A stretch of 64,000 nt of DNA from Podarcis pityusensis (taxonomy: Eukaryota), in NCBI GenBank assembly GCA_964106645.2, contig OZ067039.1, one strand, 5' to 3'. The translations under genes and the position numbers were made by a program. The notes under the pieces are model-generated. The model did no database searches. It saw only the letters and a list, made by a program, of their open reading frames with translations, and had not been told where the DNA came from. The stretch's first letter is position 1, and each line of letters opens with the position of its first letter. Positions 24,986 through 37,156 of the stretch are shown in pieces.

Positions 24986-25228
24986 CAAAGACTCTCGTTG
25001 AAGGCAAAGGAGGAGATGGGAAAAAGAAGGAGCGAGAGAGGGAGAAGAGTGAGTGAGTGAGAGGGGAGAGAGAGAGAGCTTGCAAGCATGGTGTGAAGGG
25101 GAGAAAAACACACATACTCTCTCTCTCCCTCTCTCGCACTTACACACACACACTAGAGAGAGAGAGAGAGAGGAAGGAAGGAAGGAAGGAAGGGAGGAGA
25201 GAGGGAGAGAGAGAGAAAAGTTGCCTAC

Positions 25229-25682
25229 CAGTACTGACGTGGATTTTTTTCATCCATGGGTAGACTATGGGTTGCTTAGTGGCCGTGCTGCTAGGATGCT
25301 CGGGGTTTTGCTGGTTGCAGGCTGGAGGGGCTGGGGCTGGCGAGGTGGCTGCGCTGGAGAGAGCCGTTTGGTCACAGAGCTGCTGTGGTTTCTCGGGGAG
25401 ATGGTGGCCTCCGGGTGGTGGTCCATGGCCCCTTTGATGCGCTGGGGGGTTGCCGGGACCTTGGAGGCTGGCACAGCTGTACTGGCGCTCGGGGTAGCTG
25501 GGTCGCTGTGGAGGAGGTGGAGGGTACAATTCCTGGTGATGATGCTGAAAACTGGACTCCCTAGTCCGGCTGTAATATTCCGGACTGTGNNNNNNNNNNN
25601 NNNNNNNNNNNNNNNNNNNNNNNNNNNNNNNNNNNNNNNNNNNNNNNNNNNNNNNNNNNNNNNNNNNNNNNNNNNNNNNNNN
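25229..25682 (-). CDS. HOXC4: Homeobox protein Hox-C4, coding exon 1 (5' part inside N gap; start coordinate estimated)
   Basis: HSPEYYSRTRESSFQHHHQELY...KQPIVYPWMKKIHVST is visible at 25229-25589. Phase-1 donor G|GTAGGC. The start is extrapolated from the ~31 residues that usually precede HSPEYY in HoxC4. Confidence 0.92.
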
Positions 25683-25745
25683 NNNNNNNNNNNNNNNNNN
25701 NNNNNNNNNNNNNNNNNNNNNNNNNNNNNNNNNNNNNNNNNNNNN
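25590..25745. other. Assembly gap / masked run (N) covering the HoxC4 start codon
   Basis: 156 N. Confidence 1.
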
Positions 25746-25850
25746 TACTAGCTGGCGACCCCGTAAAGTTAGTTTCACCATGTGACTATTTGCGCCAATC
25801 ACGCCAGCCGAGCTAGTCCCCGGATAAGGAACCAAAAGCTTATTCAAAAT
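25746..25850 (-). promoter_or_regulatory. HoxC4 proximal promoter / 5' UTR conserved block
   Basis: CCAAT box (gccaatca), E-box (catgtg) and the Hox4-typical minus-strand CACATGGTGAAACTAACTTTACGGGGTCGCCAGCTAGTA immediately upstream of the CDS. Confidence 0.7.
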
Positions 25851-27234
25851 GTATCCAATTTGTGTGTGCGCGAGTGTGTGCCTGTGCCTCTGTGCGTGTG
25901 CGTGTGTGTGTGCGATCTTGTTGTTGTTTGTGTGGTCCCCTTAAACTCAGAAAAAGAGGTGCGCGTGCGTGTGTATGTGTGTGTAAGGGGTTATCTTGCT
26001 GTCACGTTCTTTTCTTAAAAAGGCAACGTAAGTGAATGGAAGGATAATGGAAGGAAACTCATTTATTTGGCAGACAGATGGTGTGCAGGGAAAGCTCCTG
26101 TGTTCTTCTCCACCCCACCCCCTTTTTCAGGTACACAGCAAGTCCTCTCTTGTAGGGATCCAGTAGCTAAATGAGTCTTAATCTGGAAGAACTAGTAACA
26201 TTTTGCACTGCAGATAGTGAAGCATGCTTGAAATCGTTCTGCTTGCTTCACCTTAAAGAAAAGCTGTAGGGGAAATGAGGTGCCCCCGCCTCCCTCCCTC
26301 CTCCCCCCAGGACATGGTTAGTGTCATTGTCTGCAGTACTAGTCTCCCCCCACCCACCCACCCCCTACGCACGGTGCAAACAACCCGAAAACTAGAAGGC
26401 AGTTCAGTATTTGTAATCCAATTGTTTGCTGAAGAGACACAAAGGAGGAGGCAGGTTACCTGGGAGGCAAGGAGATGTGGGGAGTGGGGGGAGAGAGAGA
26501 AAGAGCAGCGGGATATGCAAATCATCTTTGCGTCATTTGGAGTTCTCTAGAAATGCTCATCAACCTTTGCTTAAGGGTGATCTTCTTTGGTTGCAAGAGA
26601 AGCTGTTAGTGCCTGTGAGTTGAAACAAGTAGAAGTTCGAGCCAGCCAGATGGCAAGACCACCAGCCACCCAGTGCTGACCATTTTTGGGGAGACAAAGT
26701 TTATGAGGTGCTGGTAGTGGTGGGGAACTAGCAGAGATGTGCTTTTCAGTTCTTGCGGTTAAATAATGGAAGGCTCGGTTTTGTTATGATTATGGAAAAG
26801 ATAACACACACAAACATTCCCATCCAGTCTGGAGGCAGGTAGGTAGGTAAGAAGAAATATGGATCCTCATACAAGATTTACTGTAGCCATGATTTCCCCT
26901 TCATAGCCACGGATGAATGGGAAAGCATGTGTCTAAAGTCCATTCAGAACATTTGACTTCCTTGTGGAGCTTGGGGTGGTGGACAGAAAAAAAGTAAGGC
27001 GCTGTTAAATTCCTCCCCCCTCTCCCAGTATGCCTGTGTAAACAGACCCCTGGGTGGGTTAAAGAAGCTAAGATGTGATGCAAACATTTTAAAGAGTGCA
27101 GTTATTGCAGTTAAGGGCTTTATCTATAGCTTACATTAAGAAGATGGGGCACAGAGAGTCGGATTAATCCCTTGTACTGCTTGATAACAATTATAGTTGA
27201 AAATCATAGCTTGCAGGGCATTGCAATATTTTAC

Positions 27235-27385
27235 TTGATAACAATAAAAGTGACACATAAAGTTAACTGTTTATGTTTTATTTATTAGACTAAATGTGCC
27301 AGCGGTGTCGGAGGCTCTGGGCTGGTTGTAACAGTTTTTATGGGGCTGTAAAATGCCATAAATCAGTCACTTGAAATTGTTAGGT
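27235..27385. promoter_or_regulatory. Hox/Cdx binding-site cluster between miR-10c and HoxC4
   Basis: CAATAAAA, CATAAA, TTTATG, TTTTATGG, GTAAAA and CCATAAA within ~150 bp. Confidence 0.55.
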
Positions 27386-27399
27386 CTCTCTCTCTCTCT

Positions 27400-27431
<32 letters not shown>

Positions 27432-27767
27432 GGCAAGGGCTTGTGTGAGCTTGTGTTTGCGATGACTGCTGTTCCTTCTTTCCAAGAAAAAAGTAGCAAT
27501 TGTGGATTTTATTATCAGAAGCACGCTTTACCTTCCCTGTTATTTTAACTATTTATTCAAGATCTAGCTGTAACAAAGCCCCACCACCACCACACACACT
27601 TTGAATCTGTTTGCCCTTCCTCAGAATGCATGTGTATTTTAAAGGAACTCAGACACACTCTCCCCTGGATCGCTGAAATCTTAATTATAACTCTAGCAGT
27701 TAAGGGGAGTCAAAGGAAGTCTAGGAACTCTAGCAGTCAAAGGAAGCCGGACATTAACAAGGCTCGG

Positions 27768-27850
27768 CGTCGTCCATATACTCCCCTAGAGACGAATTTG
27801 TGATTGAGGCGCTCACACAACTTCGATTCTACAGGGTGCATATGAACGAC
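27768..27850 (-). ncRNA. MIR10C: pre-miR-10 family hairpin (miR-10c, HoxC-linked)
   Basis: Minus-strand 5p arm CACCCUGUAGAAUCGAAGUUGU (27838-27817) carries the miR-10 seed ACCCUGU. The 3p arm CAAAUUCGUCUCUAGGGGAGUA (27800-27779) is complementary. Position ~2 kb upstream of Hox4 is canonical. Confidence 0.95.
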
Positions 27851-28756
27851 TGGAGAATGTGGCCTTTGTGGTACTGGGGGAAGGTGGGAAGTGTATTCCC
27901 CTCCCCCACTGATGTGTTCCAGAATGTCTTTTTTGTTTTGTTTTGGGGTTTGTTTGTTTTTCATGGATGTGGCGTGAGGGAAAGGAGAGCAGCTGTCAAG
28001 ACTTCCTAAAAAGTCGTTTAACAAGCTAAGCCCTTTTCAGGTAGGGCTTGCATATTTCTGAGAGGATCCCTTGCTTTTATCAAGATGGGATCCACGCTTT
28101 GGCAGCTTTGGGAACCGAGCTATGGAAGACAACCTTCCACTTTTTTGATAGCTATTAACATTTATGGTTCCTATTGGATTATTATTATTATTATTATTAT
28201 TAATCAATGCATTCACTAAGTAAGTGGGCAAGTCCCTCCTTGCTGCTTTATTCTGGTGCCACCCATCTCTGTACATGGGTAGCTTTCAATCCATCTATAG
28301 AGAACTGTCAACCTGTTTGCTTATGGACTGGTTGATTCCTGAACAGGAGGAAGAAGAGGACGGTTCAGTCTAAGAATAGAGAAATGAATGTCAGAGGTAT
28401 TATTCTGGCCTTTCCCACCAGGCAAGCTTTACAACTCCTGTTCATGTTATCTCTTACATTTAACTCTGCCCGTTCAACTCATAAAAAAGGGAAACTGCCA
28501 TTCTTATTTTATTCTACTTTGGTAGTCTAAACTGACATGCATACTTAACAGGAATAATACTGGCCAAAGCGCGTGGATAGCTGAGGCAATTTTATTTCCT
28601 TTTGCTGTTTTCCCTCAAAAATCATTGTGAACTGTCCAGAAAAAATGTTGGCACCTGTCTAGTTCTTTCCAGTGGCAGAGTGATTGTACTGCTGGCTGCT
28701 GCAACTACTATTACTACTACTGAACTCTGGGCGGATTCTCAGAGTTTTTATGATAC

Positions 28757-28820
<64 letters not shown>

Positions 28821-29555
28821 CGTGTTTGCCACAGCTACTATTTCCTCATTCCATGAGATGTATAACCGTGATTTCATTAACATGAGCTCCCCTTGCGTTG
28901 CTCTGCTGCTGTTACTACTACTGGTAATAGTAGTAGTAGCAGCAGCAGTGGTTAGTATTTATACAGCCTTTTACTGATTGATTAAAGGACCTTGCATATG
29001 CTCTCTCCGTAGTCCCATTGTCTCACTTAAGCATCTACTTAGCTCTCTGCAGTTAAATTCGGTGGGATTTTAAAATGCTGGACATTGGAGGGATTGGACC
29101 CATTATTAATTAATTTCAGCATAATTCAAATTATATGAGAGGGAGGGAGGGAGAAGAGGAAGATCTACAAGTTGAGGATGCGCTCTTAAGCACACTTACT
29201 AAATGCCTATAAACTCCGTGGCTCTTACTTCCTAGTGAACTCAAAAGGGACTCCTGAGTAGGCTGCCTACTGTAAGAACGTGCTAGAAGCTTGGAACCAC
29301 CAGCTTCTTAAGTAGTTCAGCATTCCTGGGGGTGGTGTTTCTTTCTTTTCCTGGGTCACCCTAATAATCACTTACTGCACCTAAACCTACACTTCGATAT
29401 TTACACTTTTAATTGTTTGTGTAGATGCCCATGAATGAAAGGGCAGCTTTGCCATTCCTGAACATAATCCATTAGAAGTTGAGTAACTTTCATAACAACA
29501 GAGCTTCCTTCCTTTCAAATCACACTGCAAATCGAGTAAGTATGCAGAGAGCCAG

Positions 29556-29634
29556 GCTGTATGCACAGTTACTCGGGAGTAAGTCTCTTTGAACTCAGTG
29601 ACGCTTACCCCGAGTAAATGTATACACAGGATCC
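29556..29634. mobile_element. Palindromic ~80 bp MITE-like element
   Basis: TTACTCGGGAGTAAG...CTTACCCCGAGTAA...CACAGGATC. Confidence 0.7.
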
Positions 29635-31575
29635 AGAAGCAAAATGTGAAAATAAGGTTCTCTATGTTTACGCGAGAGTTTTTTGTTTTGTTTTTTAAGT
29701 ACACAGGAAGTGTAGACAGGATTGCATCTTTAATCATACACTTTTCTATTTATTTATTTTATAAAATATTTTCCCCAGTGGACTTGATCGCTCTTTCTTC
29801 ATTTCACTTCGTTCCTGTGATTTATTTTAACTGACCTTCTGCTTTCCTTGTTAAAATAGGCATTAGTCCCTTAAGTTTATATTTTTCTTAAAGCTATTTT
29901 GGGGGGGGGGGCATGTATTCCTCTCTTAAGTGTTTGGAAGAGTTCCCTTTTATTGTCTCTTTCAAAGAAGGCTCCAAGGACGTGTGGAAGGGGGGGGGGA
30001 ATTAGTGGGGCACAAACCTCTTTTGTCTCTCCAGTACCCCTCCCACTTCTCTCGGATTGGCCTCCGTTTCTCCCACCCGCAGAACAATGTCGGCAAAACC
30101 GGATTATTGCTATTATCATCATCGTCGTCATCATCATCATTCTGAGTGGCAATAGCGAAGGGAAATACACCACCTCGATTAAATAATTCCTGGCCCTTAA
30201 TTCCCAGCCTAGCCAAGAAGCGGGTTGCAAAGCTGGTGTGTCTATCTGGTTACCATTTTCAGGACCATTTCTGAGTACAAAGCGCCTACTTGACAGTACG
30301 GAAGAAAAATAAGTGTTCATTGTCCCCGCGGATTCATTGTGCGAGCCATTACCATACTGACCGCTTGGTAACCTACACCTCTAGCCATTTGCAATCTGTG
30401 CATGGGGGGGGGGGGGAGTGCCTAGCCACTGAGATTTTGCTATTTCATTGTTTAGTAATCATAATAATACTAATACGAAGCCCCTTGTCACGAAAGCCAC
30501 ATCCTAGCTAAGGTCACACGCATAACTACCTCCCCCTAAAAAAATGGGGAGACATACAAAATGATCAGTTCATAAAAAATCGGCTGCAGTCCAACTAAAA
30601 TTCACTGGGGCCATGCAGAGAGGACAGCCACCACCCCCCCACCAGTGTTTTAGATTCGGTGTATTATTCACTTATTTCAGTTTATTATAAGGCTTTAAAA
30701 TATATAGTATTAAAATACAGTGCTGAGAAGGAAGGTTAATCTTGAATGAATAATAATAAATATATATATTCCCCTCTGACTAAATATCCAGATCCAAGAA
30801 TGTATTTTCTGCATCGCCCACCCCCCGCAATTTGAAATTGGGTTCGCTCCTAACTTCAGTGCGTGTATTGTTAACCTCTTCTAGAAAATATCAACATCCT
30901 CTAAGAAGTTCAAAGAGTGGATTTTAAAAGTGTGTATTAAGGGAAGGGAGTCAAAATACAGCTATTTTTTTCTGGTGGAGGGGGTATATCTTTATAAAGT
31001 TGGTCTTTCTATGATACCATGAAACAATAAAAAATTAATTACACTTTCATTTGAAAACAAAAGTTAAAAACAAAAGCATAAAGTGCCACAAAGTCATTGG
31101 GTGTTCTCTCTCCCCCCCCCCGCTCCCCACAATGAAAAGAGACAGGTCTAATTTATGCAAAGAAATATGCAAATGTTTAATTGATTTTTCTTTAAATCTG
31201 TTGTCACTAAAAGTAATGAGTTGGTGCAAACCGATTTGAATAACCAAAGCATGTCACCAGAAGTAAAAAAATAATAATAATAAAAATACCCACAACCACA
31301 TATACACACATTAGCCCTTGTAGGTTCTCCAAAAATGCAAAAGCCTATAAATATTTATTCCTCCGTTTAAAACCCTTAAAAACGAACTCTTCCTGTTTGT
31401 TCGAAAAAGCACATATATGCAAACCATCTTCTCCTTCCCTCTTCCGCAAGCACCCCAACCCCCACCCAACCCCCATTTACCCCTCCCTCCCTCTCCCAGG
31501 AATTCAATTTTCTTCAAATCTCGTTGAAAGTGGCTTTTTAAAAAGTGGACGCATTTTAATATTGCTTAGACGGCG

Positions 31576-31592
31576 TGACCTGAATTTCACCT
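31576..31592 (-). promoter_or_regulatory. DR5 retinoic acid response element 5' of miR-10c/HoxC4
   Basis: Minus strand AGGTGA aattc AGGTCA, the same form as the upstream RAREs of Hoxd4/Hoxa4. Confidence 0.85.
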
Positions 31593-32127
31593 CAACTGTT
31601 TGACTTGATCCAATAGGTCACTGCCAAGGAGTTATTGATGGGGAACCTCCATTGAAATTTGTCTCCTCGCAAATGGCCTTTAGATCTTCTAGCGAGTTCA
31701 ATAACTAGTTATAATGTAGAAGGGAAAAAATGAAGCCCAAAGGCAAACGAATATGATGTTTCATTTTTATGCTGGAGAAATTGTTGGTTTTTCTTTTCCC
31801 TTTCCTTACACCCCCACCCCCACCCCATCCCATCCCACCCCTTTCACCCACTCAAAACAATAACAAAATCTGATTTGGGCGAAAGCATCGCCCCGCCCGC
31901 CTTCTCCTCCCCCCTCCCCGCTAGCCCGCTTGCTTCACCCTTTCAGCTGAAGCCAGATTCGAATCTATATTGCAAATCCATTTGTTTATTTATTTATTTA
32001 TTTAATTGGGGGGGCTAACCGAAGAGCTTCAGTTCATGAACTCTTCAAGACTGACCCTACTCGAGAGTCCATACAATAATTTTCAGCTGGGTAGGAATCA
32101 TGTTTGCTTTACTGGGGTGTTTTGTTA

Positions 32128-32167
<40 letters not shown>
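32128..32167. repeat. (AAT)n microsatellite
   Basis: Direct reading. Confidence 0.95.
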
Positions 32168-32452
32168 GACATACCTATAGCTAACAATAGACTGTATGCA
32201 GCTAAGCTTGGTGAGCGATTTTTTTAAAAAATAAACATGGTACCAAATCCCTTATGACTACATATAGATTTTAAATAAAAGGTTGAACAGTTAATCCACA
32301 CGTATTAAAATGTTAATGTTAGTTTTAGCACTGGGGCGGAGTAGGATGGGGGAGAGAGACTAAAAATGAGCCAAGAAAGAAAATTGTTTAAATTTCTTTG
32401 TGTTGTATAATTTGCTGTGGATCGTTTGCATGACGGTCGGTCATTAAGCAAA

Positions 32453-32536
32453 GCAAGCTCATACCTGCTTACTCAGAAGCAAGTCCCATTGAGTTCAATG
32501 GGACTGGCTCTCAGGTAAAATGGTATAGGATTGCGC
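32453..32536. mobile_element. Palindromic ~85 bp MITE-like element
   Basis: TACTCAGAAGCAAGTCCCATTGAGTTCAATGGGAC...TATAGGATTGC. Confidence 0.75.
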
Positions 32537-33239
32537 CTAAATCTCCTTTAGGAACTAACTGTCTGCTGGTTTTTTATACAGTTTAAAATATACAGTATTT
32601 ACTTTGACTCCGAATGCTGAGTTCCATAGTATGCCGGTTCTGGGGGAGGGGCCGATCCGCCCATCACTGAAGAATGAAAACCTGTGAGGGTTTTGTCTTT
32701 TGAGAACCGAGATAAGGATTTCAAAATCGTCCAAGTACAGAAACACAGGGAACCCCCTCATTCCAGCCCTATAAATACCGCTGATGCATATCTTATCACC
32801 CTGTTACAGGACACGCCAAGTAGCTTATAAGGAAAATAGGAGACTTAAAAGAAGGGGAAAGGGGAAATCAGGAAAAGAGAAGGAAAACTCCTTAAATGTC
32901 CATGAGAAGATTCGCGGGGGGAAGCTGACATTTATTATGCGCTGCGTAAACACGTACACAAATTAGGCTGCTACTGCTGTGTACGACGCTGCCAATAGCT
33001 TTCTTTAAAGAATTAGCACACCCAGATTTATTATTCCTTCCTTGGCTCAGTTATAATATTAATTGGTGGGGGGAGGCGCGGACAACTACGCTTTACAGGA
33101 CCTAAGACTGGCTCAGCAAAGGAGGTGGCTTTTTAAAAAAGCAGAACATTTGCTACATTAAAAAAGAAAAAAGAAAAAATACTGGGGTTGGTGTGTTGGT
33201 GGCACCTAGCACAATTTCGTGGTAGCAGAAAGGATCACA

Positions 33240-33326
33240 CCGCAACCCCACACCCACTTACCCGGGAGTAAGACCCACTGAACACAGCGGGACATACTTG
33301 TGAGTAGACATGCATAGGTTTGCGCT
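33240..33326. mobile_element. Palindromic ~85 bp MITE-like element
   Basis: Shares CCCACTTACCCGGGAGTAAG with the 12514 copy; ends CATAGGTTTGCG. Confidence 0.75.
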
Positions 33327-33721
33327 GTAGTGTTTTTTGCTACATTTTTAATGGATACTGAGAAATGAAAATTGAGGTTCCTTCTTCATGTGGCTGGAGA
33401 AGTCCGGAAGCTGATTCACACGGACCTGTGCTTCGTTCCCTGCCTCTCGCTGCGAAGAACTCTTATCTGCACGTCTGAACTGACTTTATTGAAAACTATG
33501 TGGATTTTTTTAAGACAATGGCAAGGGATATGAAAGCTCTGCCTGTGGTCCTTAGTCTCAGCTGATGTATGTAAATCGTCTCATGATGTTCCAGTTGTCC
33601 AGTGGTGAACACCCATGTGCAGACTCACCAGGACCTTCATGTGAAGCAGCTCTCGCAGAAAGCAACTGTCTGTCTCTGGATGGACAGTACTGTAACTGGT
33701 TTCAAGGTCCATGAGGCCACC

Positions 33722-33836
33722 AGCTTGCTAAGGCATGCCTGGATATGGTCAGCTCTTGGATGGGTGACCACCTGGAAACCACATGTATGCCATGACCCCT
33801 TAGGTTCCATGACAGAAGAAAAGCAGGAATATATAT
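33722..33836 (+). mobile_element. 5S rRNA-derived SINE fragment
   Basis: GCTAAGGCATGCCTGGATATGGTCAGCTCTTGGATGGGTGACCACCTGGAAACC resembles the 3' half of 5S rRNA (internal control region), followed by a SINE-like tail. Confidence 0.6.
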
Positions 33837-36800
33837 GTGTGTGTGTGAAAATAAAATGGAAATCCCCCAGCTCACCCAGTTTCTAACATAACCTCGAGTT
33901 CAGTGTCTGCAGGGTCTTTTAGATGGCTATTTTTGATGCTATATGATTTCTCTTTAATGACTGCATTTTATTGGTTATATCGATCTATGAACTCTTACAG
34001 TGACGTAAAATTCATATTACAAACTTTTATCCACAAAGAGCATGAATGGTCCGTGTCACTGGGGTGGTGGCACTTCCACGTGGGAGTGTGATGCTGTCCA
34101 CAAACAGGAAGCTGTAGCAGAGTCTCCCATTAGATCCTTCTGATTAGAAAGATGTAGGAATGCCTGGGAACTGCGTGGCAACTGATACCCTTAAGCCCAG
34201 AGCAATAGGATATGGTGCTGCGGGATATTATGCAGGGATAGAGGGCAATTGGCGCTGTTCACTTTCCCCCAAGTAAAGGTCAGAGAAAACATTACATCTC
34301 AATGGTCTTCGGGAAACGTGTGTAGGTGTGCACAGCCTAATTGCGGGAGACCTGCCAGATTTTGCTCCCAAGCTTGTGATGGATTGGATAGCCACCCCCC
34401 TTACTAAAAGCGTTTTTGCTTTGCTTCTTTAATGAATGCCAGTTTCCTCGCGAAAGTAGGCACTTATCTTATTCAAAGAAATAGTTGGCAACACGACTGT
34501 TTTCTATGATTTTATGCCTGCGTTTTCCAGTTTATACTCACAGGCGTGTGAATGTACACACGAGTGCCACGGGGCACGTTCTGGGATAGATTCATATATA
34601 CATACACGTAGCTAAACTGTGGTGCGTGTGTACATACTGGAAAGGGCCGTAGATTTTAATATATTGCATATACTTTACACGCACACTGAAAAGAAATCTT
34701 GTTCGGTACCTCCACAATAACGTCAACAAAAAAGCAGCAACAGAGGGCTCCAGATTTTTGAACATGGATGTGCATAAATGAACCTCTCTCTCTCGTTAGA
34801 ATGCATTGGGTAAGTTCCATTTTTCTAATTATTTCTGACAGTATGGACAGCAAGGCGTGGAGAAACGGGACCCTACTTTAAAATGCGTTCATGTGTGTTC
34901 TAAGGCAGTCCAGGCGACTCTCGTCCACCTATTTGCAGGGGAGTAGGTTCTACAGAGCTCTAAGGAAGTGCAAATATTTGGAGGACTGGATGTGTGGGAG
35001 AACCTCCTTTACAAGGGAGACATCGAGCCCATCTACAGAATGATCACTCTGGGATCCTTTTAGTCCATTAACCTTCCCCTTTCTATGTACAAGACGCCCA
35101 TCCATGATCATTCCGGCTTAATTTGATCTTCTGATCGATCAGACACTGCAAACCCACCGCCACCTACCCACCCCAAAAAGCCACCAAGGAAAGATATGGA
35201 ATACATAAACAGATATTTGTGACTGCCTAGGAAGAATATTCTAATTACCTTTTAATATCAAACGCTATTTGAATTCCTTTTTTAAAAAAAATAATGTGAG
35301 TTATATTTTGAGTCTGGGAACAATGGTGCATTATGCTTAAAGAGGAGCTTTGTTATTTGTAATATTTATTTTCTCCCCACCAGGGTACTCTCAGTTTAAT
35401 CTTTCACAGTGCAATAAACTATTATCTTAGTTAATCCCAAAGGTGAATCCATCAAAACCTTTTAATAAAACGTTTATTAGTTCCCGCAATTCAGAGAAGG
35501 CTGTAAACTGTAAGTACAGTGCAGGCGGTGGAACTTAAGAGAAACTTAGGCTGATGTGTTGGGGGGGTGAGGTAATGTTTTGTTGTTAAATAAATGTAGG
35601 AGGGTCTATAACTATCTCCCAGCTGAGGCTGGCGATTATAATTCTGCAGGCTTTGTCAATTTCAGCTGTCATTAGTCAAGCCTACAGAAGCTAAAGGAGC
35701 TGTGGAGTCAGACAAGAGAAATCTCAGGAATGATATACACCACCAGGCCTCTGATGCATCATTGCAGACTTGATTAAGGAAAAAGAATCAGTTGCCTTAT
35801 TTGGGTGGGGGAGAAGGAGAAATACTAAGCATCTTCACATTCTCATCATGTTCACCAAATGCCATGAATATGGGCTTCTCCAAATAACAATGGCAAACCC
35901 CAACTTTAGTGGGAATCCAAAACCCTGGGATGCAGAATACCAAGAGGCCGCAATGATGGGTGAGAAAACAATAATAATAATAGTAAGTTGCGTGGAAGGA
36001 TAACAGAACACAATGGCAGCTGCTACTCCTTATACCAGTCCACTTTAGTGCGTCTCCCCCATTAAAAAAACAAAAAAACAGAATACATATATGCGTTCTC
36101 TGCAGTATGTCAGGGGGATCTGATACAGCATTGTTCACACATGGCTTCTCCGCCTATAGATGACCCCTATAGAAGGCCTAGGATCCTCCACCCTTTCCTA
36201 CTAGCATCATTGGGATGAATTCGTTTCGACAGACCGTCGACCTACGAAACTGACGAACCCAGATGTCAAGTTTCCGAGTGTTCCATGTATTTACCAGCGA
36301 TGGTCTTTTAAGTGTGAATAACAGCAGCAGCAGCAGCAGCAGCAGTAGCAACAGGAAACAGGACTGTTTTTATTTCCTGTAAACGAGAGTGTAAAAATAC
36401 CTGTTGGAGCTCAAATCATACCCTTCTGTTACTGAGGCGATGGCATTTTAAGGAAGGAAAGAAGTGCCTTTTGTTCAAAAGCTGTTAAGAGTAGCACTCC
36501 TCAAAACATATGGAAATTGTATTTTTCCGTAAAAAAAGAAAAAGTAATTTTGCTGTTGTAGATAGATAGATAGATAGATAGATAGACTAATTAGAAAGTA
36601 GTGAACGCTCATAGAAAGGGAGTGATTCCTTCCGCACACAGCAGTCCACCCACCCACTCCCATAAATCAGTAGTCCTGAGTAAAGGGGATTCCTTTCATC
36701 TCTTTGTTTTCTTCATTTACAGCGTTCTAATCAGGTGAGCTAATATACCCTCATCAACAGCCTACGCTCTTTCTCTGAGCCTAAGTCCATGGAGGTTTGG

Positions 36801-37121
36801 CTCTCAGCATCGCGAGGCGGGTAGCTGATGTTACACACGAAGCCCCCCCCCCCGTGTGTGTGTATGTGAGAGAGGGGGGGGGAGAGGTTTTGATGGCAGT
36901 GAACCTCGTGAGGTCTCAACTCTAATGCCGTTTTGCTATTTGCCTGTCCTCACCCCCCGCACCGGCTCTCTTCCCCTCCAGGGTTGGGAATATCTTCGCT
37001 CCCACTGAGAAGGGGAAAGGGGAGGGAGGAAGCCTTTCCTTGTTGTGAATAATCGCAATAGGTTATATCTTCCATCTCAGTCCAGGGAAAGGGACATTTT
37101 CAAGCGATGCCTTGTGGTTGG

Positions 37122-37156
<35 letters not shown>

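Noticed and set aside
25053-25751. 232-aa plus-strand ORF
   Set aside because: Antisense shadow of HoxC4 exon 1 plus GA repeats and Ns.
36205-36290. Second microRNA-like hairpin
   Set aside because: Only short imperfect pairing and no known seed; more likely a degraded repeat.
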